Source: the human T2T-CHM13v2.0 reference genome, Homo sapiens
Assembly: GCF_009914755.1 (NCBI RefSeq)
Contig: NC_060927.1
Strand: one strand, 5' to 3'
DNA: 64,000 nt
Part shown: piece by piece, positions 14,001-30,800 of the stretch
Numbering within the stretch: the stretch's first letter is position 1
Layout of the letters: each line of letters opens with the position of its first letter
The notes under the pieces: generated by a model
What the model saw: only the letters and a program-made list of their open reading frames with translations
What the model was told of the DNA's origin: nothing
Databases searched by the model: none
Position numbers and translations under genes: made by a program

Positions 14001-17000
14001 ATATATATTAAGTACATAAAATATGAAAGTACATCAAATATAGATTATATACTGTACATAAAATATCAATGTACACCAAATATATATTATATACTCTACA
14101 TGAAATATCAAAGTTCACAAACTATATATTATATACTGTCCATAAAATATCAAAGTACCCAAGGTATATATTCTATACTGTACAAAAAATATCAAAGTAA
14201 ACAAAGCATGTATTATATACTGTACCTAAAATATGAAATTACATCAAATATATATTTTATTCTGTACATAAAATATCAAAGTACACCAGATATATATTCT
14301 ATAGTGTATATAAAATATCAAAGTACCCAAACTATACATTATATACTGTACATAAAATATGAAATTACATCAAATATATATTATATTAGGTACATAAAAT
14401 ATGAAAGTACATGAAGTATAGATTATATACTGTACATAAAATATCAAAGTACCCCAAATTTATATTATATACTATACATGAAATATCAAAGTTCACAAAC
14501 TATATATTATATACTGTACATAAAATATCAAAGTACCCAAGGTATATATTCTATAGTGTACAAAAAATATCAAAGTACGCAAAGCATGTATTATATACCG
14601 TACATAAAATATGAAATTACATCAAATATATATTTTATTCTGTACATAAAATATCAAAGTACACCAGATATATATACTATAGTGTACATAAAATATCAAA
14701 GTACCCAAACTATACATTATACACTGCACATAAAATATGAAATTACATCAAATATATATTAGGTACATAAAATATGAAAGTACATCAAATATAGATTATA
14801 TACTGTAAATATAATATCAATGTACCCCAAATATATATTTTATACTCTACATGAAATATCAAAGTTCACAAACCATATATTATATACTGTACATAAAATA
14901 TCAAAGTACCCAAGGTATATATTCTATACTGTACAAAAAATATCAAAGTACCCAATGCATGTATTATATACTGTACATAAAATATGAAAGTACATCAAAT
15001 ATATATTTTATTCTGTACATAAAATATCAAAGTACACCAGATATATATTCTATAGTGTACATAAAATATCAAAGTACCCAAACTATACATTATATACTGT
15101 ACATAAAATATGAAATTACATCAAATATATATTATATTAGGTACATGAAATTTGAAAGTACATCAAATATAGATTATATACTGTACATTAAATACCAAAG
15201 TACCCCAAATATATATTTTATACTGTACATGAAATATCAAAGTTCACAAACTATATATTATATACTGTACATAAAATATCAATGTACCCAAGGTATATAT
15301 TCTATACTGCACAAAAAATATCAAAGTACCCAAAGCACGTATTATATACTGTATATAAAATATGAAAGTACATCAAATATATATTTTATTCTGTACATAA
15401 AATATCAAAGTACACCAGATATATATTCTATAGTGTACATAAAATAACAAAGTACACAAACTATAAATTATATACTGTACATAAAATATGAAATTACATC
15501 AAATATATATTAGGCACATAAAATATGAAAGTACATCAAATATAGATTATATACTGTACATATAATATCAATGTACCCGAAATATATATTTTATACTCTA
15601 CATGAAATATCAAAGTGCACAAACCATATATTGTATACTGCACATAAAATATCAAAATACCCAAGGTATATATTCTATACTGTACAAAAAATATCAAAGT
15701 ACCCAAAGCAGGTATTATATACTGTAAATAAAATATGAAAGTACATCAAATATATATTTTATTCTGTACATAAAATATCAAAGTACACCAGATATATATT
15801 CTATAGCGTACATAAAATATCAAAGTACACAAACTGTACATTATATACTGTATATAAAATATGAAATTAAATCAAATATATATTATATTAGGTACATAAA
15901 ATATGAAAGTAGATCAAATATAGATTATATACTGTACATTAAATACCAAAGTACCCCAAATATATATTTTATACTGTACATGAAATTTCAAAGTTCACAA
16001 ACTATATATTATATACTGTACATAAAATATCAAAGTACCCAAGGTATATATTCTATAGTGTACAAAAAATATCAAAGTACCCAAAGCATGTATTATATAC
16101 CGTACATAAAATATAAAATTACATCAAATATATATTTTATTCTGTACATAAAATATCAAAGTACACCAGATATATATACTATAGTGTACATAAAATATCA
16201 AAGTACCCAAACTATACATTATACACTGTACATAAAATATGAAATTACATCAAATATATATTAGGTACATAAAATATGAAAGTACATCAAATATAGATTA
16301 TATACTGTAAATATAATATCAATGTACCCCAAATATATATTTTATACTCTATATGAAATATCAAAGTTCACAAACCATATATTATATACTGTACATAAAA
16401 TATCAAAGTACCAAAGGTATATATTCTATACTGTACAAAAAATATCAAAGTACCCAAAGCATGTATTATATACTGTACATAAAATATGAAAGTACATCAA
16501 ATATATATTTTATTCTGTACATAAAATATCAAAGTACACCAGATATATATTCTATAGTGTACATAAAATATCAAAGTACCCAAACTATACATTATATACT
16601 GTACATAAAATATGAAATTACATCAAATATATATTATATTAGGTACATGAAATATGAAAGTACATCAAATATAGATTATATACTGTACATAAAATATGAA
16701 AGTACCCCAAATATATATTATATACTCTACATGAAATATCAAAGTTCACAAACTATATATTATATACTGTACATAAAATATCAAAGTACCCAAGGTATAT
16801 ATTCTATACTGTACAAAAAATATCAAAGTATCCAAAGCAGGTATTATATACTGTATATAAAATATGAAAGTACATCAAATATATATTTTATTCTGTACAT
16901 AAAATATCAAAGTACACCAGATATATATTCTATAGTGTACATAAAATATCAAGGTACCCAAACTATATATTATATACTGTACATAAAATATGAAATTACA

Positions 17001-18029
17001 GCAAATATATATTATATTAGGTACATAAAATATGAAAGTACATCAAATATAGATTATATACTGTACATTAAATACCAAAGTACCCCAAATATATATTTTA
17101 TACTGTACATGAAATATCAAAGTTCACAAACTATATATTATATACTGTACATAAAATATCAATGTACCCAAGGTATATATTCTATACTGCACAAAAAATA
17201 TCAAAGTACCCAAAGCATGTATTATATACTGTATATAAAATATGAAAGTACATCAAATATATATTTTATTCTGTACATAAAATAACAAAGTACACCAGAT
17301 ATATATTCTATAGTGTACATAAAATATCAAAGTACCCAAACTATACATTATATACTGTACATAAATATGAAATTACATCAAATATATATTATATTAGGTA
17401 CATAAAATATGAAAGTACATGAAGTATAGATTATATACTGTAGATAAAATATCAAAGTACCCCAAATTTATATTATATACTATACATGAAATATCAAAGT
17501 TCACAAACTATATATTATATACTGTACATAAAATATCAAAGTACCCAAGGTATATATTCTATAGTGTACAAAAAATATCAAAGTACCCAAAGCATGTATT
17601 ATATACCGTACATAAAATATAAAATTACATCAAATATATATTTTATTCTGTACATAAAATATCAAAGTACACCAGATATATATACTATAGTGTACATAAA
17701 ATATCAAAGTACCCAAACTATACATTATACACTGTACATAAAATATGAAATTACATCAAATATATATTAGGTACATAAAATATGAAAGTACATCAAATAT
17801 AGATTATATACTGTAAATATAATATCAATGTACCCCAAATATATATTTTATACTCTACATGAAATATCAAAGTTCACAAACCATATATTATATACTGTAC
17901 ATAAAATATCAAAGTACCCAAGGTATATATTCTATACTGTGCAAAAAATATCAAAGTACCCAAAGCATGTATTATATACTGTATATAAAATATGAAAGTA
18001 CATCAAATATATATTTTATTCTGTACATA

Positions 18030-19450
18030 AAATGTCAAAGTACACCAGATATATATTCTATAGTGTACATAAAATATCAAAGTACCCAAACTATACATTA
18101 TATACTGTACATAAAATATGAAATTACATCAAATATATATTAAGTACATAAAATATGAAAGTACATCAAATATAGATTATATAGTGTACATAAAATATCA
18201 ATGTACACCAAATATATATTATATACTCTACAAGAAATATCAAAGTTCACAAACTATATATTATATACTGTCCATAAAATATCAAAGTACCCAAGGTATA
18301 TATTTTATACTGTACAAAAAATATCAAAGTACCCAAAGCATGTATTATATACTATACCTAAAATATGAAAGTACATCAATTATATATTTTATTCTGTACA
18401 TAAAATAACAAAGTACACCAGATATATATTCTACAGTGTATATAAAATATCAAAGTACCCAAACTATACATTATATACTGTACATAAAATATGAAATTAC
18501 ATCAAATATATATTATATTAGGTACATAAAATATGAAAGTACATGAAGTATAGATTATATACTGTACATAAAATATCAAAGTACCCCAAATTTATATTAT
18601 ATACTATACATGAAATATCAAAGTTCACAAACTATATATTATATACTGTACATAAAATATCAAAGTACCCAAGGTATATATTCTATAGTGTACAAAAAAT
18701 ATCAAAGTACCCAAAGCATGTATTATATACCGTACGTAAAATATAAAATTACATCAAATATATATTTTATTCTGTACATAAAATATCAAAGTACACCAGA
18801 TATATATACTATAGTGTACATAAAATATCAAAGTACCCAAACTATACATTATACACTGCACATAAAATATGAAATTACATCAAATATATATTAGGTACAT
18901 AAAATATGAAAGTACATCAAATATAGATTATATACTGTAAATATAATATCAATGTACCCCAAATATATATTTTATACTCTACATGAAATATCAAAGTTCA
19001 CAAACCATATATTATATACTGTAAATAAAATATCAAAGTACCCAAGGTATATATTCTATACTGTACAAAAAATATCAAAGTACCCAAAGCATGTATTATA
19101 TACTGTACATAAAATATGAAAGTACATCAAATATATATTTTATTCTGTACATAAAATATCAAAGTACACCAGATATATATTCTATAGTGTACATAAAATA
19201 ACAAAGTACACAAACTATAAATTATATCCTGTACATAAAATATGAAATTACATCAAATATATATTAGGTACATAAAATATGAAAGTACATCAAATATAGA
19301 TTATATACTGTACATTAAGTACCAAAGTACACCAAATATATATTTTATTCTGTACATAAAATATCAAAGTACACCAGATATATATTCTATAGTGTACATA
19401 AAATATCAAAGTACCCAAACTATACATTATATACTGTACATAAAATATGA
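18030..19450 (+). repeat. Block duplicated at +8808 bp (about 26840-28260)
   Basis: ORF pairs 18118/26926, 18543/27351, 18610/27418 and 19242/28050. Shared variants aatgtcaaag, ctatacctaa, ctacagtg, ccgtacgtaa. Confidence 0.82.
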
Positions 19451-22400
19451 AATTACATCAAATATATATTATATTAGGTAAATGAAATATGAAAGTACAT
19501 CAAATATAGATTATATACTGTACATAAAATATGAAAGTACCCCAAATATATATTATATACTCTACATGAAATATCAAAGTTCACAAACTATATATTATAT
19601 ACTGTACATAAAATATCAAAGTACCCAAGGTATATATTCTATACTGTACAAAAAATATCAAAGTATCCAAAGCATGTATTATATACTGTATATAAAATAT
19701 GAAAGTACATCAAATATATATTTTATTCTGTACATAAAATATCAAAGTACACCAGATATATATTCTATAGTGTACATAAAATATCAAAGTACCCAAACTA
19801 TACATTATATACTGTACATAAAATATGAAATTACAGCAAATATATATTATATTAGGTACATAAAATATGAAAGTACATCAAATATAGATTATATACTCTA
19901 CATTAAATACCAAAGTACCCCAAATATATATTTTATACTGTACATGAAATATCAAAGTTCACAAACTATATATTATATACTGTACATAAAATATCAATGT
20001 ACCCAAGGTATATATTCTATACTGCACAAAAAATATCAAAGTACCCAAAGCATGTATTATATACTGTATATAAAATAGGAAAGTACATCAAATATATATT
20101 TTATTCTGTACATAAAATATCAAAGTACACCAGATATATATTCTATAGTGTACATAAAATATCAAAGTACCCAAACTATACATTATATACTGTACATAAA
20201 ATATGAAATTACATCAAATATATATTATATTAGGTACATAAAATACGAAAGTACATCAAATATAGATTATATACTGTACATAAAATATGAAAGTACCCCA
20301 ATATATATTATATACTCTACATGAAATATCAAAGTTCACAAACTATATATTATGTACTGTACATAAAATATCAAACTACCCAAGGTATATATTCTATACT
20401 GTACAAAAAATATCAAAGTACCCAAAGCATGTATTATATAATGTACATAAAATATGAAAGTACATCAAATATATATTTTATTCTGTACATAAAATATCAA
20501 AGAACACCAGATATATATTCTATAGTGTACATAAAATATCAAAGTACCCAAACTATACATTATATACTGTACATAAAATATGAAATTACAGCAAATATAT
20601 ATTATATTAGGTACATAAAATATGAAAGTACATCAAATATAGATTATATACTGTACATTAAATACCAAAGTACCCCAAATATATATTTTATACTGTACAT
20701 GAAATATCAAAGTTCACAAACTATATATTATATACTGTACATAAAATATCAATGTACCCAAGGTATATATTCTATACTGCACAAAAAATATCAAAGTACC
20801 CAAAGCATGTATTATATACTGTATATAAAATATGAAAGTACATCAAATATATATTTTATTCTGTACATAAAATATCAAAGTACACCAGATATATATTCTA
20901 TAGTGTACATAAAATAACAAAGTACACAAACTATAAATTATATCCTGTACATAAAATATGAAATTACATCAAATATATATTAGGTACATAAAATATGAAA
21001 GTACATCAAATATAGATTATATACTGTACATTAAGTACAAAAGTACACCAAATATATATTTTATTCTGTACATAAAATATCAAAGTACACCAGATATATA
21101 TTCTATAGTGTACATAAAATATCAAAGTACCCAAACTATACATTATATACTGTACATAAAATATGAAATTACATCAAATATATATTATATTAGGTAAATG
21201 AAATATGAAAGTACAACAAATATAGATTATATACTGTACATAAAATATGAAAGTACCCCAAATATATATTATATACTCTACATGAAATATCAAAGTTCAC
21301 AAACTATATATTATATACTGTACATAAAATATCAAAGTACCCAAGGTATATATTCTATACTGTACAAAAAATATCAAAGTATCCAAAGCATGTATTATAT
21401 ACTGTATATAAAATATGAAAGTACATCAAATATATATTTTATTCTGTACATAAAATATCAAAGTACACCAGATATATATTCTATAGTGTACATAAAATAT
21501 CAAAGTACCCAAACTATACATTATATACTGTACATAAAATATGAAATTACAGCAAATATATATTATATTAGGTACATAAAATATGAAAGAACATCAAATA
21601 TAGATTATATAGTCTACATTAAATACCAAAGTACCCCAAATATATATTTTATACTGTACATGAAATATCAAAGTTCACAAACTATATATTATATACTGTA
21701 CATAAAATATCAATGTACCCAAGGTATATATTCTATACTGCACAAAAAATATCAAAGTACCCAAAGCATGTATTATATACTGTATATAAAATATGAAAGT
21801 ACATCAAATATATATTTTATTCTGTACATAAAATATCAAAGTACACCAGATATATATTCTATAGTGTACATAAAATATCAAAGTACCCAAACTATACATT
21901 ATATACTGTACATAAAGTATGAAATTACATCAAATATATATTATATTAGGTACATAAAATACGAAAGTACATCAAATATAGATTATATACTGTACATAAA
22001 ATATGAAAGTACCCCAATATATATTATATACTCTACATGAAATATCAAAGTTCACAAACTATATATTATGTACTGTACATAAAATATCAAACTACCCAAG
22101 GTATATATTCTATACTGTACAAAAAATATCAAAGTACCCAAAGCATGTATTATATAATGTACATAAAATATGAAAGTACATCAAATATATATTTTATTCT
22201 GTACATAAAATATCAAAGAACACCAGATATATATTCTATAGTGTACATAAAATATCAAAGTACCCAAACTATACATTATATACTGTACATAAAATATGAA
22301 ATTACATCATATATATATTAGGTACATAAAATATGAAAGTACATCAAATATATATTTTATTCTGTACATAAAATATCAAAGTACACCAGATATATATTCT

Positions 22401-25400
22401 ATAGTGTACATAAAATAACAAAGTACACAAACTATAAAATATATACTGTACATAAAATATGAAATTACATCAAATATATATTAGGTACATAAAATATGAA
22501 AGTACATCAAATATAGATTATATACTGTACATTAAGTACCAAAGTACACCAAATATATATTTTATTCTGTACATAAAATATCAAAGTACACCAGATATAT
22601 ATTCTATAGTGTACATAAAATATCAAAGTACCCAAACTATACATTATATACTGTACATAAAATATGAAATTACATCAAATATATATTATATTAGGTAAAT
22701 GAAATATGAAAGTACAACAAATATAGATTATATACTGTACATAAAATATGAAAGTACCCCAAATATATATTATATACTCTACATGAAATATCAAAGTTCA
22801 CAAACTATATATTATGTACTGTACATAAAATATCAAAGTACCCAAGGTATATATTCTATACTGTACAAAAAATATCAAAGTATCCAAAGCATGTATTATA
22901 TACTGTATATAAAATATGAAAGTACATCAAATATATATTTTATTCTGTACATAAAATATCAAAGTACACCAGATATATATTCTATAGTGTACATAAAATA
23001 TCAAAGTACCCAAACTATACATTATATACTGTACATAAAATATGAAATTACAGCAAATATATATTATATTAGGTACGTAAAATATGAAAGTACATCAAAT
23101 ATAGATTATATACTCTACATTAAATACCAAAGTACCCCAAATATATATTTTATACTGTACATGAAATATCAAAGTTCACAAACTATATATTATATACTGT
23201 ACATAAAATATCAATGTACCCAAGGTATATATTCTATACTGCACAAAAAATATCAAAGTACCCAAAGCATGTATTATATACTGTATATAAAATATGAAAG
23301 TACATCAAATATATATTTTATTCTGTACATAAAATATCAAAGTACACCAGATATATATTCTATAGTGTACATAAAATATCAAAGTACCCAAACTATACAT
23401 TATATACTGTACATAAAATATGAAATTACATCAAATATATATTATATTAGGTACATAAAATACGAAAGTACATCAAATATAGATTATATACTGTACATAA
23501 AATATGAAAGTACCCCAATATATATTATATACTCTACATGAAATATCAAAGTTCACAAACTATATATTATGTACTGTACATAAAATATCAAACTACCCAA
23601 GGTATATATTCTATACTGTACAAAAAATATCAAAGTACCCAAAGCATGTATTATATAATGTACATAAAATATGAAAGTACATCAAATATATATTTTATTC
23701 TGTACATAAAATATCAAAGAACACCAGATATATATTCTATAGTGTACATAAAATATCAAAGTACCCAAACTATACATTATATACTGTACATAAAATATGA
23801 AATTACAGCAAATATATATTATATTAGGTACATAAAATATGAAAGTACATCAAATATAGATTATATACTGTACATTAAATACCAAAGTACCCCAAATATA
23901 TATTTTATACTGTACATGAAATATCAAAGTTCACAAACTATATATTATATACTGTACATAAAATATCAATGTACCCAAGGTATATATTCTATACTGCACA
24001 AAAAATATCAAAGTACCCAAAGCATGTATTATATACTGTATATAAAATATGAAAGTACATCAAATATATATTTTATTCTGTACATAAAATATCAAAGTAC
24101 ACCAGATATATATTCTATAGTGTACATAAAATAACAAAGTACACAAACTATAAATTATATCCTGTACATAAAATATGAAATTACATCAAATATATATTAG
24201 GTACATAAAATATGAAAGTACATCAAATATAGATTATATACTGTACATTAAGTACCAAAGTACACCAAATATATATTTTATTCTGTACATAAAATATCAA
24301 AGTACACCAGATATATATTCTATAGTGTACATAAAATATCAAAGTACCCAAACTATACATTATATACTGTACATAAAATATGAAATTACATCAAATATAT
24401 ATTATATTAGGTAAATGAAATATGAAAGTACAACAAATATAGATTATATACTGTACATAAAATATGAAAGTACCCCAAATATATATTATATACTCTACAT
24501 GAAATATCAAAGTTCACAAACTATATATTATATACTGTACATAAAATATCAAAGTACCCAAGGTATATATTCTATACTGTACAAAAAATATCAAAGTATC
24601 CAAAGCATGTATTATATACTGTATATAAAATATGAAAGTACATCAAATATATATTTTATTCTGTACATAAAATATCAAAGTACACCAGATATATATTCTA
24701 TAGTGTACATAAAATATCAAAGTACCCAAACTATACATTATATACTGTACATAAAATATGAAATTACAGCAAATATATATTATATTAGGTACATAAAATA
24801 TGAAAGTACATCAAATATAGATTATATACTCTACATTAAATACCAAAGTACCCCAAATATATATTTTATACTGTACATGAAATATCAAAGTTCACAAACT
24901 ATATATTATATACTGTACATAAAATATCAATGTACCCAAGGTATATATTCTATACTGCACAAAAAATATCAAAGTACCCAAAGCATGTATTATATACTGT
25001 ATATAAAATATGAAAGTACATCAAATATATATTTTATTCTGTACATAAAATATCAAAGTACACCAGATATATATTCTATAGTGTACATAAAATATCAAAG
25101 TACCCAAACTATACATTATATACTGTACATAAAATATGAAATTACATCAAATATATATTATATTAGGTACATAAAATACGAAAGTATATCAAATATAGAT
25201 TATATACTGTACATAAAATATGAAAGTACCCCAATATATATTATATACTCTACATGAAATATCAAAGTTCACAAACTATATATTATGTACTGTACATAAA
25301 ATATCAAACTACCCAAGGTATATATTCTATACTGTACAAAAAATATCAAAGTACCCAAAGGATGTATTATATAATGTACATAAAATATGAAAGTACATCA

Positions 25401-25749
25401 AATATATATTTTATTCTGTACATAAAATATCAAAGAACACCAGATATATATTCTATAGTGTACATAAAATATCAAAGTACCCAAACTATACATTATATAC
25501 TGTACATAAAATATGAAATTACATCATATATATATTAGGTACATAAAATATGAAAGTACATCAAATATATATTTTATTCTGTACATAAAATATCAAAGTA
25601 CACCAGATATATATTCTATAGTGTACATAAAATAACAAAGTACACAAACTATAAAATATATACTGTACATAAAATATGAAATTACATCAAATATATATTA
25701 GGTACATAAAATATGAAAGTACATCAAATATAGATTATATACTGTACAT
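19229..25749 (+). repeat. Tandem duplication with 3217-bp period (each period = 1716 + 1501 bp related sub-blocks)
   Basis: ORF pairs 19242/22459, 19482/22699, 20321/23538, 20958/24175, 21198/24415 and 22037/25254 all have offset 3217. Confidence 0.88.
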
Positions 25750-27815
25750 ATAATATCAATGTACCCGAAATATATATTTTATACTCTACATGAAATATCA
25801 AAGTTCACAAACCATATATTGTATACTGCACATAAAATATCAAAATACACAAGGTATATATTCTATACTGTACAAAAAATATCAAAGTACCCAAAGCAGG
25901 TATTATATACTGTATATAAAATATGAAAGTACATCAAATATATATTTTATTCTGTACATAAAATATCAAAGTACACCAGATATATATTCTATAGTGTACA
26001 TAAAATATCAAGGTACCCAAACTATATATTATATACTGTACATAAAATATGAAATTACAGCAAATATATATTATATTAGGTACATAAAATATGAAAGTAC
26101 ATCAAATATAGATTATATACTGTACATTAAATACCAAAGTACCCCAAATATATATTTTATACTGTACATGAAATATCAAAGTTCACAAACTATATATTAT
26201 ATACTGTACATAAAATATCAATGTACCCAAGGTATATATTCTATACTGCACAAAAAATATCAAAGTACCCAAAGCATGTATTATATACTGTATATAAAAT
26301 ATGAAAGTACATCAAATATATATTTTATTCTGTACATAAAATGTCAAAGTACACCAGATATATATTCTATAGTGTACATAAAATATCAAAGTACCCAAAC
26401 TATACATTATATACTGTACATAAAATATGAAATTACATCAAATATATATTAAGTACATAAAATATGAAAGTACATCAAATATAGATTATATAGTGTACAT
26501 AAAATATCAACGTACACCAAATATATATTATATACTCTACATGAAATATCAAAGTTCACAAACTATATATTATATACTGTCCATAAAATATCAAAGTACC
26601 CAAGGTATATATTTTATACTGTACAAAAAATATCAAAGTACCCAAAGCATGTATTATATACTATACCTAAAATATGAAAGTACATCAAATATATATTTTA
26701 TTCTGTACATAAAATATCAAAGTACACCAGATATATATTCTACAGTGTATATAAAATATCAAAGTACCCAAACTATACATTATATACTGTACATAAAATA
26801 TGAAATTACATCAAATATATATTTTATTCTGTACATAAAATGTCAAAGTACACCAGATATATATTCTATAGTGTACATAAAATATCAAAGTACCCAAACT
26901 ATACATTATATACTGTACATAAAATATGAAATTACATCAAATATATATTAAGTACATAAAATATGAAAGTACATCAAATATAGATTATATAGTGTACATA
27001 AAATATCAATGTACACCAAATATATATTATATACTCTACATGAAATATCAAAGTTCACAAACTATATATTATATACTGTCCATAAAATATCAAAGTACCC
27101 AAGGTATATATTTTATACTGTACAAAAAATATCAAAGTACCCAAAGCATGTATTATATACTATACCTAAAATATGAAAGTACATCAAATATATATTTTAT
27201 TCTGTACATAAAATATCAAAGTACACCAGATATATATTCTACAGTGTATATAAAATATCAAAGTACCCAAACTATACATTATATACTGTACATAAAATAT
27301 GAAATTACATCAAATATATATTATATTAGGTACATAAAATATGAAAGTACATGAAGTATAGATTATATACTGTACATAAAATATCAAAGTACCCCAAATT
27401 TATATTATATACTATACATGAAATATCAAAGTTCACAAACTATATATTATATACTGTACATAAAATATCAAAGTACCCAAGGTATATATTCTATAGTGTA
27501 CAAAAAATATCAAAGTACCCAAAGCATGTATTATATACCGTACGTAAAATATAAAATTACATCAAATATATATTTTATTCTGTACATAAAATATCAAAGT
27601 ACACCAGATATATATACTATAGTGTACATAAAATATCAAAGTACCCAAACTATACATTATACACTGCACATAAAATATGAAATTACATCAAATATATATT
27701 AGGTACATAAAATATGAAAGTACATCAAATATAGATTATATACTGTAAATATAATATCAATGTACCCCAAATATATATTTTATACTCTACATGAAATATC
27801 AAAGTTCACAAACCA

Positions 27816-30800
27816 TATATTATATACTGTAAATAAAATATCAAAGTACCCAAGGTATATATTCTATACTGTACAAAAAATATCAAAGTACCCAAAGCAT
27901 GTATTATATACTGTACATAAAATATGAAAGTACATCAAATATATATTTTATTCTGTACATAAAATATCAAAGTACACCACATATATATTCTATAGTGTAC
28001 ATAAAATAACAAAGTACACAAACTATAAATTATATCCTGTACATAAAATATGAAATTACATCAAATATATATTAGGTACATAAAATATGAAAGTACATCA
28101 AATATAGATTATATACTGTACATTAAGTACCAAAGTACACCAAATATATATTTTATTCTGTACATAAAATATCAAAGTACACCAGATATATATTCTATAG
28201 TGTACATAAAATATCAAAGTACCCAAACTATACATTATATACTGTACATAAAATATGAAATTACAGCAAATATATATTATATTAGGTACATAAAATACGA
28301 AAGTACATCAAATATAGATTATATACTGTACATAAAATATGAAAGTACCCCAATATATATTATATACTCTACATGAAATATCAAAGTTCACAAACTATAT
28401 ATTATGTACTGTACATAAAATATCAAACTACCCAAGGTATATATTCTATACTGTACAAAAAATATCAAAGTACCCAAAGCATGTATTATATAATGTAAAT
28501 AAAATAGGAAAGTACATCAAATATATATTTTATTCTGTACATAAAATATCAAAGAACACCAGATATATATTCTATAGTGTACATAAAATATCAAAGTACC
28601 CAAACTATACATTATATACTGTACATAAAATATGAAATTACATCATATATATATTAGGTACATAAAATATGAAAGTACATCAAATATATATTTTATTCTG
28701 TACATAAAATATCAAAGTACACCAGATATATATTCTATAGTGTACATAAAATAACAAAGTACACAAACTATAAAATATATACTGTACATAAAATATGAAA
28801 TTACATCAAATATATATTAGGTACATAAAATATGAAAGTACATCAAATATAGATTATATACTGTACATATAATATCAGTGTACCCCAAATATATATTTTA
28901 TACTCTACATGAAATATCAAAGTTCACAAACCATACATTATATACTTTCCATAAAATATCAAAGTACCCATGGCATATATTCTATACTGTACAAAAGATA
29001 TCAAAGTACCCAAAGCATGTATTATATACTGTACATAAAATATGAAAGTACATCAAATATATATTTTATTCTGTACATAAAATATCAAAGTACACCAGAT
29101 ATATATTCTATAGTGTACATAAAATATCAAAGTACCCAAACTATATATTATATACTGTACATAAAATATGAAATTACATCAAATATGTATTATATTAGGT
29201 ACATAAAATATGAAAGTACATCAAATATAGATTATATACCGTACATAAAATATCAAAGTACCACAAATATATATTATATACTATACATGAAATATCAAAT
29301 ATCACAAACTATATATTATATACTGTACATAAAATATCAAAGTACCCAATGTATATATTCTATAGTGTACAAAAAATATCAAAGTACCCAAAGCATGTAT
29401 TATATACTGTACATAAAATATAAAAGTACATCAAATATATATTTTATTCTGTACATAAAATATGAAAGTACACCAGATATATATTCTATAGTGTACATAA
29501 AATATCAAAGTACCCAAACTATACATTATATACGGTACATAAAATATGAAATTACATCAAATATATATTATATTAGGTACTTAAAATATGAAAGTACATC
29601 AAATATAGATTATATACTGTACATAAAATATCAAAGTACCCCAAATATATATTATATACTGTACATGAAATATCAAAGTTCACAACTATATATTATATAC
29701 TGTAGATAAAATATCAAAGTCCCCAAGGTATATATTCTATACTGTACAAAAAATATCAAAGTACACAAAGGATGTATTATATACTGTACATAAAATATGA
29801 AATTACATCAAATATATATTATATTAGGTATATAAAATATGAAAGTACATCAAATATAGATTATATACTGTACATAAAATATCAAAGTACCCCAAATATA
29901 TATTATATACTGTACATGTAATATCAAAGTTCACAACTATATATTACATACTGTACATAAAATATCAAAGTACCCAAGGTATATATTCTATACTGTACAA
30001 AAAATATCAAAGTACCCAAAGCATGTATTATATACTGTATATAAAATATGAAAGTACATCAAATATATATTTTATTCTGTACATAAAATATCAAAGTACA
30101 CCAGATATATATTCTATAGTGTATATAAAATATCAAAGTACCCAAACTATACATTATATACTGTACATAAAATATGAAATTACATCAAATATATATTATA
30201 TTGGGTACATAAAATATGAAAGTACATGAAGTATAGATTATATACTGTACATAAAATATCAAAGTACCCCAAATTTATATTATATACTATACATGAAATA
30301 TCAAAGTTCACAAACTATATATTATATACTGTACATAAAATATCAAAGTACCCAAGGTATATATTCTATAGTGTACAAAAAATATCAAAGTACCCAAAGC
30401 ATGTATTATATACCGTACATAAAATATAAAATTACATCAAATATATATTTTATTCTGTACATAAAATATCAAAGTACACCAGATATATATTCTATAGAGT
30501 ACATAAAATATCAAAGTACCCAAACTATACATTACATACTGTACATAAAATATGAAATTACATCAAATATATATTATAATAGGTACATAAAATATGAAAG
30601 TACATGAAATATAGATTATATACTGTACATTAAATACGAAAGAACCCCAAATATATATTTTGTACTGTACATGAAATATCAAAGTACCCAAGGTATATAT
30701 TCTATACTGTACAAAAAATATCAAAGTACCCAAAGCATGTATTACAAACTGTACATAAAATATGAAAGTCCATCAAATATATATTTTATTCTGTACATAA

